Shown here: one piece after another, positions 1 through 8,954 of the stretch
How positions within the stretch are numbered: the stretch's first letter is position 1
How the letters are laid out: each line of letters starts with the position of its first letter
Origin: Candidatus Geohydrothermomicrobium daggyaiense
Lineage (GTDB): Bacteria > Actinomycetota > Geothermincolia > Fen-727 > JACVIW01
NCBI GenBank assembly: GCA_015711695.1
Contig: JACVIW010000001.1
Span: 1-31,822, forward strand
Length of the DNA: 31,822 nt
Reading direction: 5' to 3'
Program-made: the position numbers and the translations under genes
The notes under the pieces: model-generated
Databases searched by the model: none
Told to the model about the DNA's origin: nothing
The model's input: the letters and a program-made list of their open reading frames with translations, nothing else

Positions 1-753
1 GTAAGATTTGTTGAAATGCTTTCAAGTATTGAGCCCGCATTGGACATATCGATGACGACGAACGGGGTGCTTTTGAGCGAATTTGCTGAAAGCCTTAAAG
101 CGGCTGGCTTAAGCAGGATAAACGTCAGCCTAGATGCACTCGATCCTGAGACTTACAGAAACATAACCAGAAGGGATGGGTCCGGAGAGGTCATGGATGG
201 CATATCCAGGGAGATTGAGATTGGGATGGATCCGGTGAAGGTAAATGTGGTGACGCTCAAAGGTATAAATGATGACATCAGGCCATTTGTAAGGCTTACC
301 TACGATCTTCCTGTGCACGTTAGATTTATTGAATACATGCCGCAATTCGGCAACGCGCATAAATTGATGTTTGTTTCAGGAGGGGAAATTATGGCGAAGA
401 TAAAAGCCTCTTTTAAGGTCGAGGATGCGGAGACGATTGAAGCCTGGGGACCAGCGAAGAGGCATTACAGAGCGAAAGGTGCCCTCGGGACATTCGCCCT
501 AATATCTCCCGTGAGCTCGCATTTTTGTCCCGATTGTAACAGGCTTCGCGTTTCATGTAGCGGCATACTCAGGGCGTGTCTCTTCGATAGGGATGGTTTC
601 AATCTGGGTTCACTATTGCGAAGCAGTGGAGATGTTGAGAGGGTAGCAGAAGTTTTAAGAATGCAGTTAGCCAGGAAAAGGGATAATTTCAGCAACACCC
701 CATTTTCGGACAAAAGTGATTTCACGGGTGGAATGTTTTCTATAGGCGGATAG
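1..753 (+). CDS. moaA: GTP 3',8-cyclase MoaA (radical SAM), 5'-truncated by the window edge
   Basis: Frame is open from base 1 (VRFVEMLSS...). Motifs MTTNG, RINVSLD, VKVNVV, FIEYMP, C-terminal cluster HFCPDCNRLR...C, and the MoaA-typical C-terminal GG (MFSIGG). Confidence 0.95.
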   Translation, partial: VRFVEMLSSIEPALDISMTTNGVLLSEFAESLKAAGLSRINVSLDALDPETYRNITRRDGSGEVMDGISREIEIGMDPVKVNVVTLKGINDDIRPFVRLTYDLPVHVRFIEYMPQFGNAHKLMFVSGGEIMAKIKASFKVEDAETIEAWGPAKRHYRAKGALGTFALISPVSSHFCPDCNRLRVSCSGILRACLFDRDGFNLGSLLRSSGDVERVAEVLRMQLARKRDNFSNTPFSDKSDFTGGMFSIGG

Positions 754-802
754 TTCTTCAGAGGATTTTCAAAGAGGATTTGAGGGGATGGTGAAATAAA
801 GC

Positions 803-1324
803 GTGGATGAAAACAGGCAGGAATGCCCTGCGCTGACGCATATTGACGAAGAGGGCAGGGCAAAAATGGTTGACATAGGGGAAAAACCCCCGACAAGACG
901 CCAGGCGGTCGCTGAAGGGTTCGTGAAAATGAAGGGTTCGACACTCGACCTTATTGTCTCCGGAAAAATACCTAAAGGTGATGTCTTGCAGGTTGCTCGT
1001 ATCGCGGGTATCTGCGCCGCGAAAAAATCTCCGGAACTCATACCCCTTTGCCATCCCATTAGGATTGACTCCGTGTCCGTCGATTTCGAAGTATCCCGAA
1101 AGCGTTGTGCTATCCAGATAAGATCATGCGTGAAGGCTACGGACCGAACAGGCGTTGAGATAGAGGCTCTTACTGCCGTGCTCGTCGCCGCGCTAACTGT
1201 CTATGATATGTGCAAAGCGGTGGACAGGGAAATGGAAATCGAAAGCGTCAGATTGATATCAAAGTCTGGCGGTAGATCAGGAGAGTGGAAAAGGAAGGAG
1301 GATCAGGGGCTTGAGCGCTCCTGA
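803..1324 (+). CDS. moaC: cyclic pyranopterin monophosphate synthase MoaC
   Basis: LTHIDEEGRAKMVD, LIPLCHP, TGVEIEALT, YDMCKAVD and KSGG motifs; directly after moaA. Confidence 0.96.
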   Translation: MDENRQECPALTHIDEEGRAKMVDIGEKPPTRRQAVAEGFVKMKGSTLDLIVSGKIPKGDVLQVARIAGICAAKKSPELIPLCHPIRIDSVSVDFEVSRKRCAIQIRSCVKATDRTGVEIEALTAVLVAALTVYDMCKAVDREMEIESVRLISKSGGRSGEWKRKEDQGLERS

Positions 1325-1365
1325 TTGGTCCTGGTTCCTGGTTATTGGCCTAGGAGGTGCTAATT

Positions 1366-1818
1366 TTGGTTCAAAAAACAGGAAAGGTCATTTCAGTAAA
1401 CATATCTGAGAACACGGGCGAGAAAAAAAGAAACATAGGATTCTGCAGGGTTATTAAAGATTTTGGGCTGGATGGAGACGCTCATGCGGGATGTATGTTA
1501 AGGCAGGTTAGTCTGCTGGCTGTTGAGAGCATTGACAAAATCAGGCTTAAGGGACTTGATGTCTGGCCCGGTGATTTCGCCGAAAATATCACCACGCAGG
1601 GCATTGATCTCCTTTCCCTTCCCGTTGGCGCTAAGCTAGCCATCGGTTCAGGAGTGGTTCTTGAGATCAGTCAGATAGGGAAAGAGTGCGATGAGCCTTG
1701 CGCGATTTACTATCAGGCTGGTGATTGCGTGATGCCCAGGGAAGGGATCTTTGCACGGGTAATTGAAGGTGGAAGCATATCTGTAGGCGACGATGTGACC
1801 GTTTTATCTGAGCCATAA
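1366..1818 (+). CDS. MOSC domain protein (putative sulfur carrier in a Moco cluster)
   Basis: GLDGDAH, RQVSLL, FAENITT, QIGKEC...CAIY...CVMPREGIF. Start moved to TTG 1366 because AGGAGGTG lies at 1352-1359. Confidence 0.9.
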   Translation: MVQKTGKVISVNISENTGEKKRNIGFCRVIKDFGLDGDAHAGCMLRQVSLLAVESIDKIRLKGLDVWPGDFAENITTQGIDLLSLPVGAKLAIGSGVVLEISQIGKECDEPCAIYYQAGDCVMPREGIFARVIEGGSISVGDDVTVLSEP

Positions 1819-1885
1819 TAAGAAGTGTCAAAAAACTAACCCTATTAAAGCTGCAGGTCAGATAATGTAAGTGAGGTGCGCTGAG

Positions 1886-2422
1886 TTGGAAAGATCTCAC
1901 CCAGGTTTTTCGCGAAGAGAGGAAAAGCGTTTCAAAGCTGCGGTTGTGACTATTTCAGATAGAAGTTATCGAGGAGAGAGAGTTGATTTGAGCGGTGATG
2001 TCGCATGCTCAATAATTGAGAATGCGGGGATAAGCGTTGTGAGAAGGGATGTAATCCCGGACGAATTTGAGACGATAAGGAGCGTTCTTATCGAACTCTG
2101 TGAACAGGGAGTTGAGCTGATCGTAACAACAGGGGGGACCGGTCTATCACCAAGGGATGTAACACCGGAGGCAACGCTTGATATTCTGGAAAGGGAGATA
2201 CCGGGGATGGCGGAGGCAATGAGAGCGGAAAGTCTTAAGATCTCCCCACACGCGATGATATCCAGGGCTGTCTGTGGGATGAGGGGCAAAACAATTATCG
2301 TGAATTTACCGGGCAGTCCCAAAGCGGTCAAGGATTGCCTTGAGATAGTCATGAAGGCAATTCCTCATGCTCTTGAGGTTGCCTCCGGTCAGGTTACTGA
2401 TTGTGTTAGGGAACAGATTTGA
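1886..2422 (+). CDS. mog: molybdopterin adenylyltransferase (Mog/MoaB family)
   Basis: TISDR, D.SG, IPDE, TTGGTGLSPRDVTPEA, NLPGSPKAV. Probable TTG start at 1886 after GAGGTG; the ORF track starts at 1871. Confidence 0.92.
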   Translation: MERSHPGFSRREEKRFKAAVVTISDRSYRGERVDLSGDVACSIIENAGISVVRRDVIPDEFETIRSVLIELCEQGVELIVTTGGTGLSPRDVTPEATLDILEREIPGMAEAMRAESLKISPHAMISRAVCGMRGKTIIVNLPGSPKAVKDCLEIVMKAIPHALEVASGQVTDCVREQI

Positions 2423-2499
2423 CTTCCAATATTCCAATAATTTGATTACGCGGCTATCCTGTTGACTGAGGCTGCCTCGCTGGTTGATAATCTTATGCT

Positions 2500-3000
2500 A
2501 TGGAAGATAGTGAGAAATCTATAGGCGACAGACTTGCAGAAAGGCTCGTAAGGGTAATCGAAAGCCGGGCGGACGAAATCGCTAAGGTGTGGTATCGCGA
2601 CGCCAAGGAATCAATTTACCTTCCAAACATAAAGAAAATCCCCGAGGACCAGGCATTAAAAATCGCCACGTCTGTTTATAAGAAACTCAGTTACTGGCTT
2701 TTGCCCTCGAGCGACAAAGAAATAAGAAGGGTTTATGAAAGATTTGGCGCAGCAATGTACCGCCGCGGTTTCAGAATGGAAGAAGTGGTGATGATTCTCG
2801 TCCTGGTGAAGAGATACCTGTGGCTTCATCTTCTGGAAGAGGGTCTTATGACAACAAATCTCGACCTTTACCAGGCGCTCGATCTCAACAACAAGGTCGT
2901 TCTTTACTTTGATAGGGCGATTTATTTTTCACTTGTTGGTTACAAAGAAGCGCGCAACAAAAGCCTTGAGGCCACCTCAACCCCACCCCCGGGAAAGTGA
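2500..3000 (+). CDS. hypothetical all-helical protein, resembling a stand-alone RsbRD-N / globin-like sensor domain
   Basis: 166 aa ATG ORF with an amphipathic helical pattern (IESRADEIAKVW ... YERFGAAMYRRGF.MEEVV ... YFDRAIYF..GY). The family call is from pattern recognition only. Confidence 0.55.
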   Translation: MEDSEKSIGDRLAERLVRVIESRADEIAKVWYRDAKESIYLPNIKKIPEDQALKIATSVYKKLSYWLLPSSDKEIRRVYERFGAAMYRRGFRMEEVVMILVLVKRYLWLHLLEEGLMTTNLDLYQALDLNNKVVLYFDRAIYFSLVGYKEARNKSLEATSTPPPGK

Positions 3001-3046
3001 CAGGTTTTGAAATTCGTTTTCTTATATCAAGCATCAGGAAGTGGGT

Positions 3047-3664
3047 ATGGGCGAAATCACACGTGTATACATTGTCCGTCACGGTGAGACAGACCTTAAC
3101 AAAGAGAAAAGATTCAGGGGGCTCACTGATATTTCGTTAAACGAAAAAGGAAGGCTCGAGGCAAGGAATGCAGCCTCGCTGATATCGAATGACCCCGCGG
3201 CTATACATACAAGCCCACTTAAGAGAGCGGTTGAGACCGCAAAAATAATAGGAGGGATAAAAAACTGCGAAGTGTTCATAGACCGTTCCTTCACCGATAT
3301 TAACTACGGGGATTGGCAGGGACTGACGGTTATGGAAGTCGAAGAACGCTTCGGCAAAGATTCTATAACGAAGTGGCTGGAAGATCCGGGGCGGTTTCGT
3401 TTCCCCGCTGGCGAGAGCATGGAGGAAGTTCGGGAAAGACTGAGACCGGGTTTTGAAAAACTTGTCTCCATGTATTCGGGAAAATCCGTAGTCGTTGTTA
3501 CACATATGGCAGTAATCAAGGTTTCTTTTCTGGTTCTACTTGGACTTGATTTCCGCTGGTTCTGGAAGATAGATATAGACAACGGATCAGTAAGCCTGTT
3601 TTCGCACCACGGCGATGCAGGTTTCGTTCTTAACTGGTGGAATCGCCTTCCCTTTGCGCCTTGA
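3047..3664 (+). CDS. histidine phosphatase family protein (PGM/CobC/PspA-like)
   Basis: RHGETDLN catalytic motif, SPLKRAVET, YGDWQG, FPAGES, VVVTH second His. ATG 3047 follows AGGAAG; the track start is 3041. Confidence 0.92.
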   Translation: MGEITRVYIVRHGETDLNKEKRFRGLTDISLNEKGRLEARNAASLISNDPAAIHTSPLKRAVETAKIIGGIKNCEVFIDRSFTDINYGDWQGLTVMEVEERFGKDSITKWLEDPGRFRFPAGESMEEVRERLRPGFEKLVSMYSGKSVVVVTHMAVIKVSFLVLLGLDFRWFWKIDIDNGSVSLFSHHGDAGFVLNWWNRLPFAP

Positions 3665-4616
3665 GTAAAAGATTTTCCTGAAAGAGCATCCGAAATGGAA
3701 GACTTTTCTTCTTTTTCCTATCGCGAGGAGAAGAGCGCATCAAAGGCGTTCATCCTGTTGTCGCGTTTCTGGCCAGTCTGTTGATCGCGACTACCTCCAT
3801 TTTCTCTCGCTTCATGAGATTCGGTAGATTCATGCCGGTCTGACGGTGTTTTCCGAATATGCAACTCCTTAAGAGAAGCCCGAAAATCAATCAATGATTT
3901 TCACTGTGGATGCAAAAAGGATATACGCTTGCTGCATAATGAAGGCGTTAGAAGATATTCCGCTTAAGGTCGCCCGGGAATACGGTGGGAGAAGGATATT
4001 CGCACAGCGTGTCGTTTTGCTGATATATTGAAACGCTTGACAGGAGGAGCTTTTCCACTCAAGGCGCCGGTTTGCTCATGTATTGAAATGCCCGCTTCGG
4101 GATGGAATCGGGGAGCCTGCAGCGTGCGTCTGGAGGTGGGAGAAAGAATAGTTCAAACTAACGCTTTCTCCATCTCTGCCTCCTGCGAGTCAAAAAATAC
4201 CCCAGGCGATATGGTGACATAGAAGGATGATTCTACGGTTATTGTTTTTATTATCCCGATGGATGGACGCCAATCGAACACTCAGGGCATAGCATAAGTC
4301 TACCGGCGCAATTTCACAGGAGAAAACGACCTACCCCGCGAGATTTGTGGTTTACAGAGCAGAGTTAAGGGATGCGAACGCAGTGTTTCTTAACGAGATT
4401 TTCAAAAGGGACGAACGTAAGAGTAGGGGTTTTTATGTTCGGCTGAAAAAAGGGGCAGCGCTTCCAGGATGTTCGAATAGGAGAATTCACGTGAAGGAAA
4501 GGCCCTTAGACTGAAAACGCTTCAGATTTTTCCCAAGAGATCGGGGGAGTCGCGGGAATAAATTGCCATTTGGCTGTGGGTGGAATTCAATAGTAATAGA
4601 ATTGTTTTTGAAAGGA

Positions 4617-5861
4617 TTATGAGTTCAAACCGCTATCCCCGGTAAAGTGGTTTTTTTCAATGCGGTTGATCCAAAGCAAGGGGGTTCTTATTTCTTTCAT
4701 ATCAGGGAGGTATGCCGCTCCCTTCCACACTAAATTCATGAAATCTATTCCTTTTCTTTTAACCACATCTTCGACAAATTTCTGCCCGAGCCTGTATTGC
4801 TCAAGTTTAAGGTTAATCCCAATCAACCTCTGGAAAAATCGTTCGGCGCTGCTTTTCATCTGCTTCCTTTTTTCAAAACGCTCTTTCATCATCTGGTAAG
4901 TGGAAAGCATCTCTTTTCCAACGTTATCCATGACGTGGTTTGAGTAACCCTCAAGCAGGCACATTGTTGCGTGAAGTTTCGCAAGGTATTTTCTCTGTTC
5001 GGGAGTGGTGAATATTGAGATAACGCTGCCGGAAAAATAAACGTCTTCGTCTGTAACCCCTGATTGCCGTACGCTTCTGAACGCTTCGATGCCTGAGGGG
5101 ATCTTGATGTTTATGTTTTGCAGATAATCTTGAAGCGTTGAAAAGAGGTAATCTTTGAGCCAGGAATTTGAATGAAATTCAAACGAATGCGTTACCTCGT
5201 GCAGGGTTATCCACTGCCTGAACTCTCTGGGATCGAGGGACATCTGGCTTTGAATTCGCATCACGTTTGGTTCAACCACATATAGCCTTGTTCCTCTTTC
5301 AGGTTCCGGCAAAGAAAGATCGAACTGCCCCAGAACGTTTCTCGCAAGATACCCAATTATGATCCCGATCTGGATTGTTAAAAGGGTATGTCCAATTTTT
5401 TCGCCCGCCTTGTCCCTGTAACCAGTTTTTTCAACGTAATCGAGGTATTTTTCGGATAAAGGTTCGAAGAGGTATCGGAATGATGGGATATTTGCCTCAA
5501 TCCATTCTTTCTGTGAAAATACTTCGATTTTTTCGGGAAGATTTTCTGCGTTGAGCCCGGTGTATTCCCTTACTTTTCTTTCAGCCGTTTCAAGCATTAT
5601 CTGGTACTGCTCGATCATAGGCGCAGAAAGTTCAGGTGGTTTCCACTTCTGGATGTTTAGGGTGGCAATTGCTATATCTCGAACCTGGTCCCAGTTTATT
5701 ACCTCATCTGAAGGGTGGCGGATAACGTTACGTATCTGCCTGCCGAGAGGAGTATAAGAGGCGATTCTTCTCGCAAGGGAGTCCAGACCTTCAAAGATAA
5801 TTTCAAGCAGGCTTTTTGGTGGTTCGAACCGATTCCCTTTATCACCAGTTGCGAGAGCCAT
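4617..5861 (-). CDS. zinc-dependent metalloprotease-like protein, DUF2342 family
   Basis: HEVTH (HExxH) with downstream LLEGYSNHVMD, plus LGQFDL, YVVEPN, KLEQYRLGQKF and PLLWINR, all typical of DUF2342. Confidence 0.85.
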   Translation of the reverse strand: MALATGDKGNRFEPPKSLLEIIFEGLDSLARRIASYTPLGRQIRNVIRHPSDEVINWDQVRDIAIATLNIQKWKPPELSAPMIEQYQIMLETAERKVREYTGLNAENLPEKIEVFSQKEWIEANIPSFRYLFEPLSEKYLDYVEKTGYRDKAGEKIGHTLLTIQIGIIIGYLARNVLGQFDLSLPEPERGTRLYVVEPNVMRIQSQMSLDPREFRQWITLHEVTHSFEFHSNSWLKDYLFSTLQDYLQNINIKIPSGIEAFRSVRQSGVTDEDVYFSGSVISIFTTPEQRKYLAKLHATMCLLEGYSNHVMDNVGKEMLSTYQMMKERFEKRKQMKSSAERFFQRLIGINLKLEQYRLGQKFVEDVVKRKGIDFMNLVWKGAAYLPDMKEIRTPLLWINRIEKNHFTGDSGLNS

Positions 5862-7151
5862 TTATTTCTTCTTTTCCCATTTCTCCAGATAGGCGACCTG
5901 ACTCAAAGTCCTTCCTTTGGAAATCTCACCTCTGAGCCTGTTTTCCTTTTCTAGAACATCCATCGCCCTGTTCGCGAACTCCGCCGCTTTTGCCCTGGGG
6001 ATTATCACCACCCCATCATCGTCACCCACAGCCCAGTCCCCGGGATGGATCCTCACGTCGCCTATTTTTATCGGGACGTTGATCTCACCAAAACCTTTTG
6101 GTTCGCCGGCGGTTGGCATTATCAATCTTGCCCAGACCGGGAATTTAAGCTTTTTGATTTCGGGTGTGTCGCGTACGGCTCCGTCTATGACTACCCCCGA
6201 GAGTTTTTTCTGGACTGCCGAATGGGTCGCGAGTTCACCCCACATTGCAGGTCCTTTTCCTCCGGCATCTATTACAAGAACTTCCCCTTCCTTCGCGACA
6301 TCGATAGCTTCTACCGGTTTTGCCCAGTCACCGGGATATGTTCGCACGGTAACTACCGGTCCTACCATTTTCAAACCTTCCATTACCGGCATCAATCCTT
6401 CGAGTTCTCCGGTTCTATGCATAGCGTCTGAAATATTCGGCGTCGATACGAGGGAAAGGGCTTCCCTAATGTTGCTATCTGTCACCCTCTTGTATAAAAC
6501 GGTTTCGACAGGCACGCCTGACAGCATGGCTCTCTTGATTTCTTCTGCTGCTTTTCTTGCGTCCGCCGATTTGATGATTGCGCCCCCGACTATGATGATG
6601 CTTGCTCCTCTTGAAACAGCTTTAGCGGCGGTTTCAGAGTTGATACCCCCCGCACAGGCGACAGGAATACTGACCGCTTTGGAGACTTTTTCGAGAACAT
6701 CGAACGGGTCGCCGCCAGTCATCTGAACGTCTATTGCGGTGTGGACAGCTATGTAGTTCGCACCCGCTTTCTCGGCAGCTATGGCACGCTCAACCGGATT
6801 CTTAACCTCTATCAAGTCAACGACTATTTCCGCCCCGTAGTTGTTGGCAGCGTCAACACATTCTGCTATTGTCGCGTCGGAGGATGCTCCGAGAACATCT
6901 ATGATATTTGCGCCCGCTTTAGCAGCGCATTCCACTTCTGTTCTGCCAGCGTCTATTGTCTTCATATCAGCGATAATCTTATGGTTGGGGAACTGTTCGC
7001 GGAAGGCTCTGACAGCGTTCAATCCCTCGCTCTTGATGAGCGGGGTACCAACTTCTATCCAGTCAGCGCCGCCTTCCAGAGCTTCCCTGCAAACTTCAAT
7101 TGCTCTCTCAAGGTCAACAAAATCAAGCGCGACCTGAAGTATCGGCTCCAA
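5862..7151 (-). CDS. hps: bifunctional 3-hexulose-6-phosphate synthase / RraA-like (HMG aldolase family) fusion
   Basis: N-terminal HPS domain: LQVALD, EVGTPLIK, ADMKTIDAG, AVHTAID, AGGIN. C-terminal RraA domain: STPNISDA, DWAKPVEAID, AMWGELAT, DGAVRD, VGDDDGVV. TTG start. Confidence 0.92.
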   Translation of the reverse strand: MEPILQVALDFVDLERAIEVCREALEGGADWIEVGTPLIKSEGLNAVRAFREQFPNHKIIADMKTIDAGRTEVECAAKAGANIIDVLGASSDATIAECVDAANNYGAEIVVDLIEVKNPVERAIAAEKAGANYIAVHTAIDVQMTGGDPFDVLEKVSKAVSIPVACAGGINSETAAKAVSRGASIIIVGGAIIKSADARKAAEEIKRAMLSGVPVETVLYKRVTDSNIREALSLVSTPNISDAMHRTGELEGLMPVMEGLKMVGPVVTVRTYPGDWAKPVEAIDVAKEGEVLVIDAGGKGPAMWGELATHSAVQKKLSGVVIDGAVRDTPEIKKLKFPVWARLIMPTAGEPKGFGEINVPIKIGDVRIHPGDWAVGDDDGVVIIPRAKAAEFANRAMDVLEKENRLRGEISKGRTLSQVAYLEKWEKKK

Positions 7152-7182
7152 GTCAGACCCCCCTTCCGGTCAGGCGAAACTA

Positions 7183-7191
7183 AGTATAACA
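7183..7191 (-). promoter_or_regulatory. possible extended -10 promoter (TG-T-TATACT) for hps-DUF2342
   Basis: Minus strand reads TGTTATACT about 30 nt upstream of the hps TTG; no good -35. Confidence 0.35.
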
Positions 7192-7414
7192 CAGGGCTTA
7201 TATCGGTGTTCCACTGTTTTCTTTATCTCTATGCGTCGCGTTTATAAGTCACTAATAAAGGCTTTTCCATTGTTCTGAAGGACTCTCAAAAACCACTGAA
7301 TCCATATGAGCAGTTATGTTAAACTCTTTTTGTCGAGATAACTCTGATTTCTTATTTTTTGAGGGATAAGGGGTATACTTTTAGTTTCTTTCGATAGGGT
7401 TTAAGGGAACAGAC

Positions 7415-8731
7415 ATGAGGGGAAGCCAGGACTGCATAAATATAGGGCTTCTTGGATGCGGGACGATTGGCTCGGGCGTCTATCATCTTATTCAAAAGAA
7501 TTACTCCGAACTAACCGAGGCGGCGGGAAAGCCCCTGAAGGTGAAGAGAATTCTTGTTAAGGATCCTTATGAGCCTCGACCTTTCGAGGTGGACCGAGAA
7601 ATAATGGTGACCGACCCGGGGCAGGTAATCAGTGACGAAAGCATTGATATATTTGTGGAGGTAATGGGAGGGATTCAGCCAGCTCTCAGTCTCGCTCTGG
7701 ATATTATTTCGAGCGGCAGGCACCTTGTCACAGCCAATAAAGAGATTATTGCGAATCACGGAAGAGAGCTTATGGCTAAAGCTGCACAAACAGGATCACA
7801 TGTGCGTTTTGAGGCTGCAGTTGGCGGAGGGATACCACTAATACGTCCTTTAGAGGAATCTCTTGGTGGAGACAATATTCTAAAAGTAATGGGTATTGTC
7901 AATGGAACAACTAACTATATTCTCTCGAAAATGAGCAGTGAAGGGAGTGCTTACGATCAAGCACTCGCGGAGGCGCAGAGGCTTGGCTTCGCGGAGTCTG
8001 ATCCCACAGCTGACGTTGAGGGATTTGACGCTGCGAGCAAACTCGCGATACTGTGTTCGATACTTTTCAAGAGAGGGGGCACTCCGAGGGAAATATACCG
8101 CGAGGGAATCCTGTCGGTTCGGCCCGAAGATTTGGAAAATGCACGGGAACTTGGTTTTGTTGTTAAACTTCTTGCTATTGCTGTCCGCGAAAACGATCTG
8201 ATCTCCGCTCGCGTCCATCCAACCATGATTCCTGACTCACATCCACTCGCAAGCGTCAACGGGAACTTTAATGCGATATTTGTCGTGGGAGAATCTGTAG
8301 GGGAACTTATGTTTTACGGTCAGGGAGCGGGATCCCTTCCGACTGCCACGGCTGTTCTCGGGGATGTTGTTAACGTTGCCAGGAATCTCGGGAGACCTCC
8401 GATTTCGACCAGAACTTACTGGCTCAGAGACGCCAGCATAAAACCCATCGGGGATACGGTTACACGTTTCTATATGGTTTTGAGGGTCATTGATAAACCC
8501 GGCGTCCTTGCCAGGATAGCCGGCGTTTTCGGTGATAATAATGTAAGCCTTGAAAGTGTTGTCCAGAAGGGAATTGGTGACAGCGCACAGATTATCTTAA
8601 TTACCCATGAAGTTATTGAAAGTAACTTCATGAAAGCAAAGAATGGACTGGAAAAACTTGACGTGGTACTTGAAATACCAAGTGTTATAAGGGTCGAGTC
8701 AGGTTCAGAGAGTAAATCGCAGAATGCTTAG
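7415..8731 (+). CDS. hom: homoserine dehydrogenase with C-terminal ACT domain
   Basis: GLLGCGTIG, VTANK, FEAAVGGGIP, NGTTNYIL, GFAESDPTADVEG, GQGAG..PTA, ACT motif DKPGVLARIAGVFG. Confidence 0.96.
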   Translation: MRGSQDCINIGLLGCGTIGSGVYHLIQKNYSELTEAAGKPLKVKRILVKDPYEPRPFEVDREIMVTDPGQVISDESIDIFVEVMGGIQPALSLALDIISSGRHLVTANKEIIANHGRELMAKAAQTGSHVRFEAAVGGGIPLIRPLEESLGGDNILKVMGIVNGTTNYILSKMSSEGSAYDQALAEAQRLGFAESDPTADVEGFDAASKLAILCSILFKRGGTPREIYREGILSVRPEDLENARELGFVVKLLAIAVRENDLISARVHPTMIPDSHPLASVNGNFNAIFVVGESVGELMFYGQGAGSLPTATAVLGDVVNVARNLGRPPISTRTYWLRDASIKPIGDTVTRFYMVLRVIDKPGVLARIAGVFGDNNVSLESVVQKGIGDSAQIILITHEVIESNFMKAKNGLEKLDVVLEIPSVIRVESGSESKSQNA

Positions 8732-8954
8732 CGGTTCGAAGCGTCTTCGCTGACAGAGATTCATGACCGTTCTGTTAACCTTTTCAAAGAGTGAACGAAA
8801 AAATTGTATCCGTCTGAGCAAAGAGCGTCTATCTGGTTCGATCAAATCTGAATTTCTTCTCGTGATTCGACTCTCATTTCTGAGTCTCGAATGAGGAATC
8901 CGGAAAGTCCGTTTACATCCTGGTAATGGATTTTCAAAGCGCCAGGAGGGAGCT

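Noticed and set aside
5917-7247. Long plus-strand ORFs (269 aa, 168 aa, 128 aa) opposite hps
   Set aside because: Antisense shadows of a well-supported gene, Ser/Pro-rich with no motifs. The same applies to the other antisense ORFs in the track.
8893-8912. GAGGAATCCGGAAAGTCC resembling the RNase P RNA 5' motif
   Set aside because: No matching 3' P4 strand, and the hom-thrC gap (223 nt) is too short and lacks the structure.
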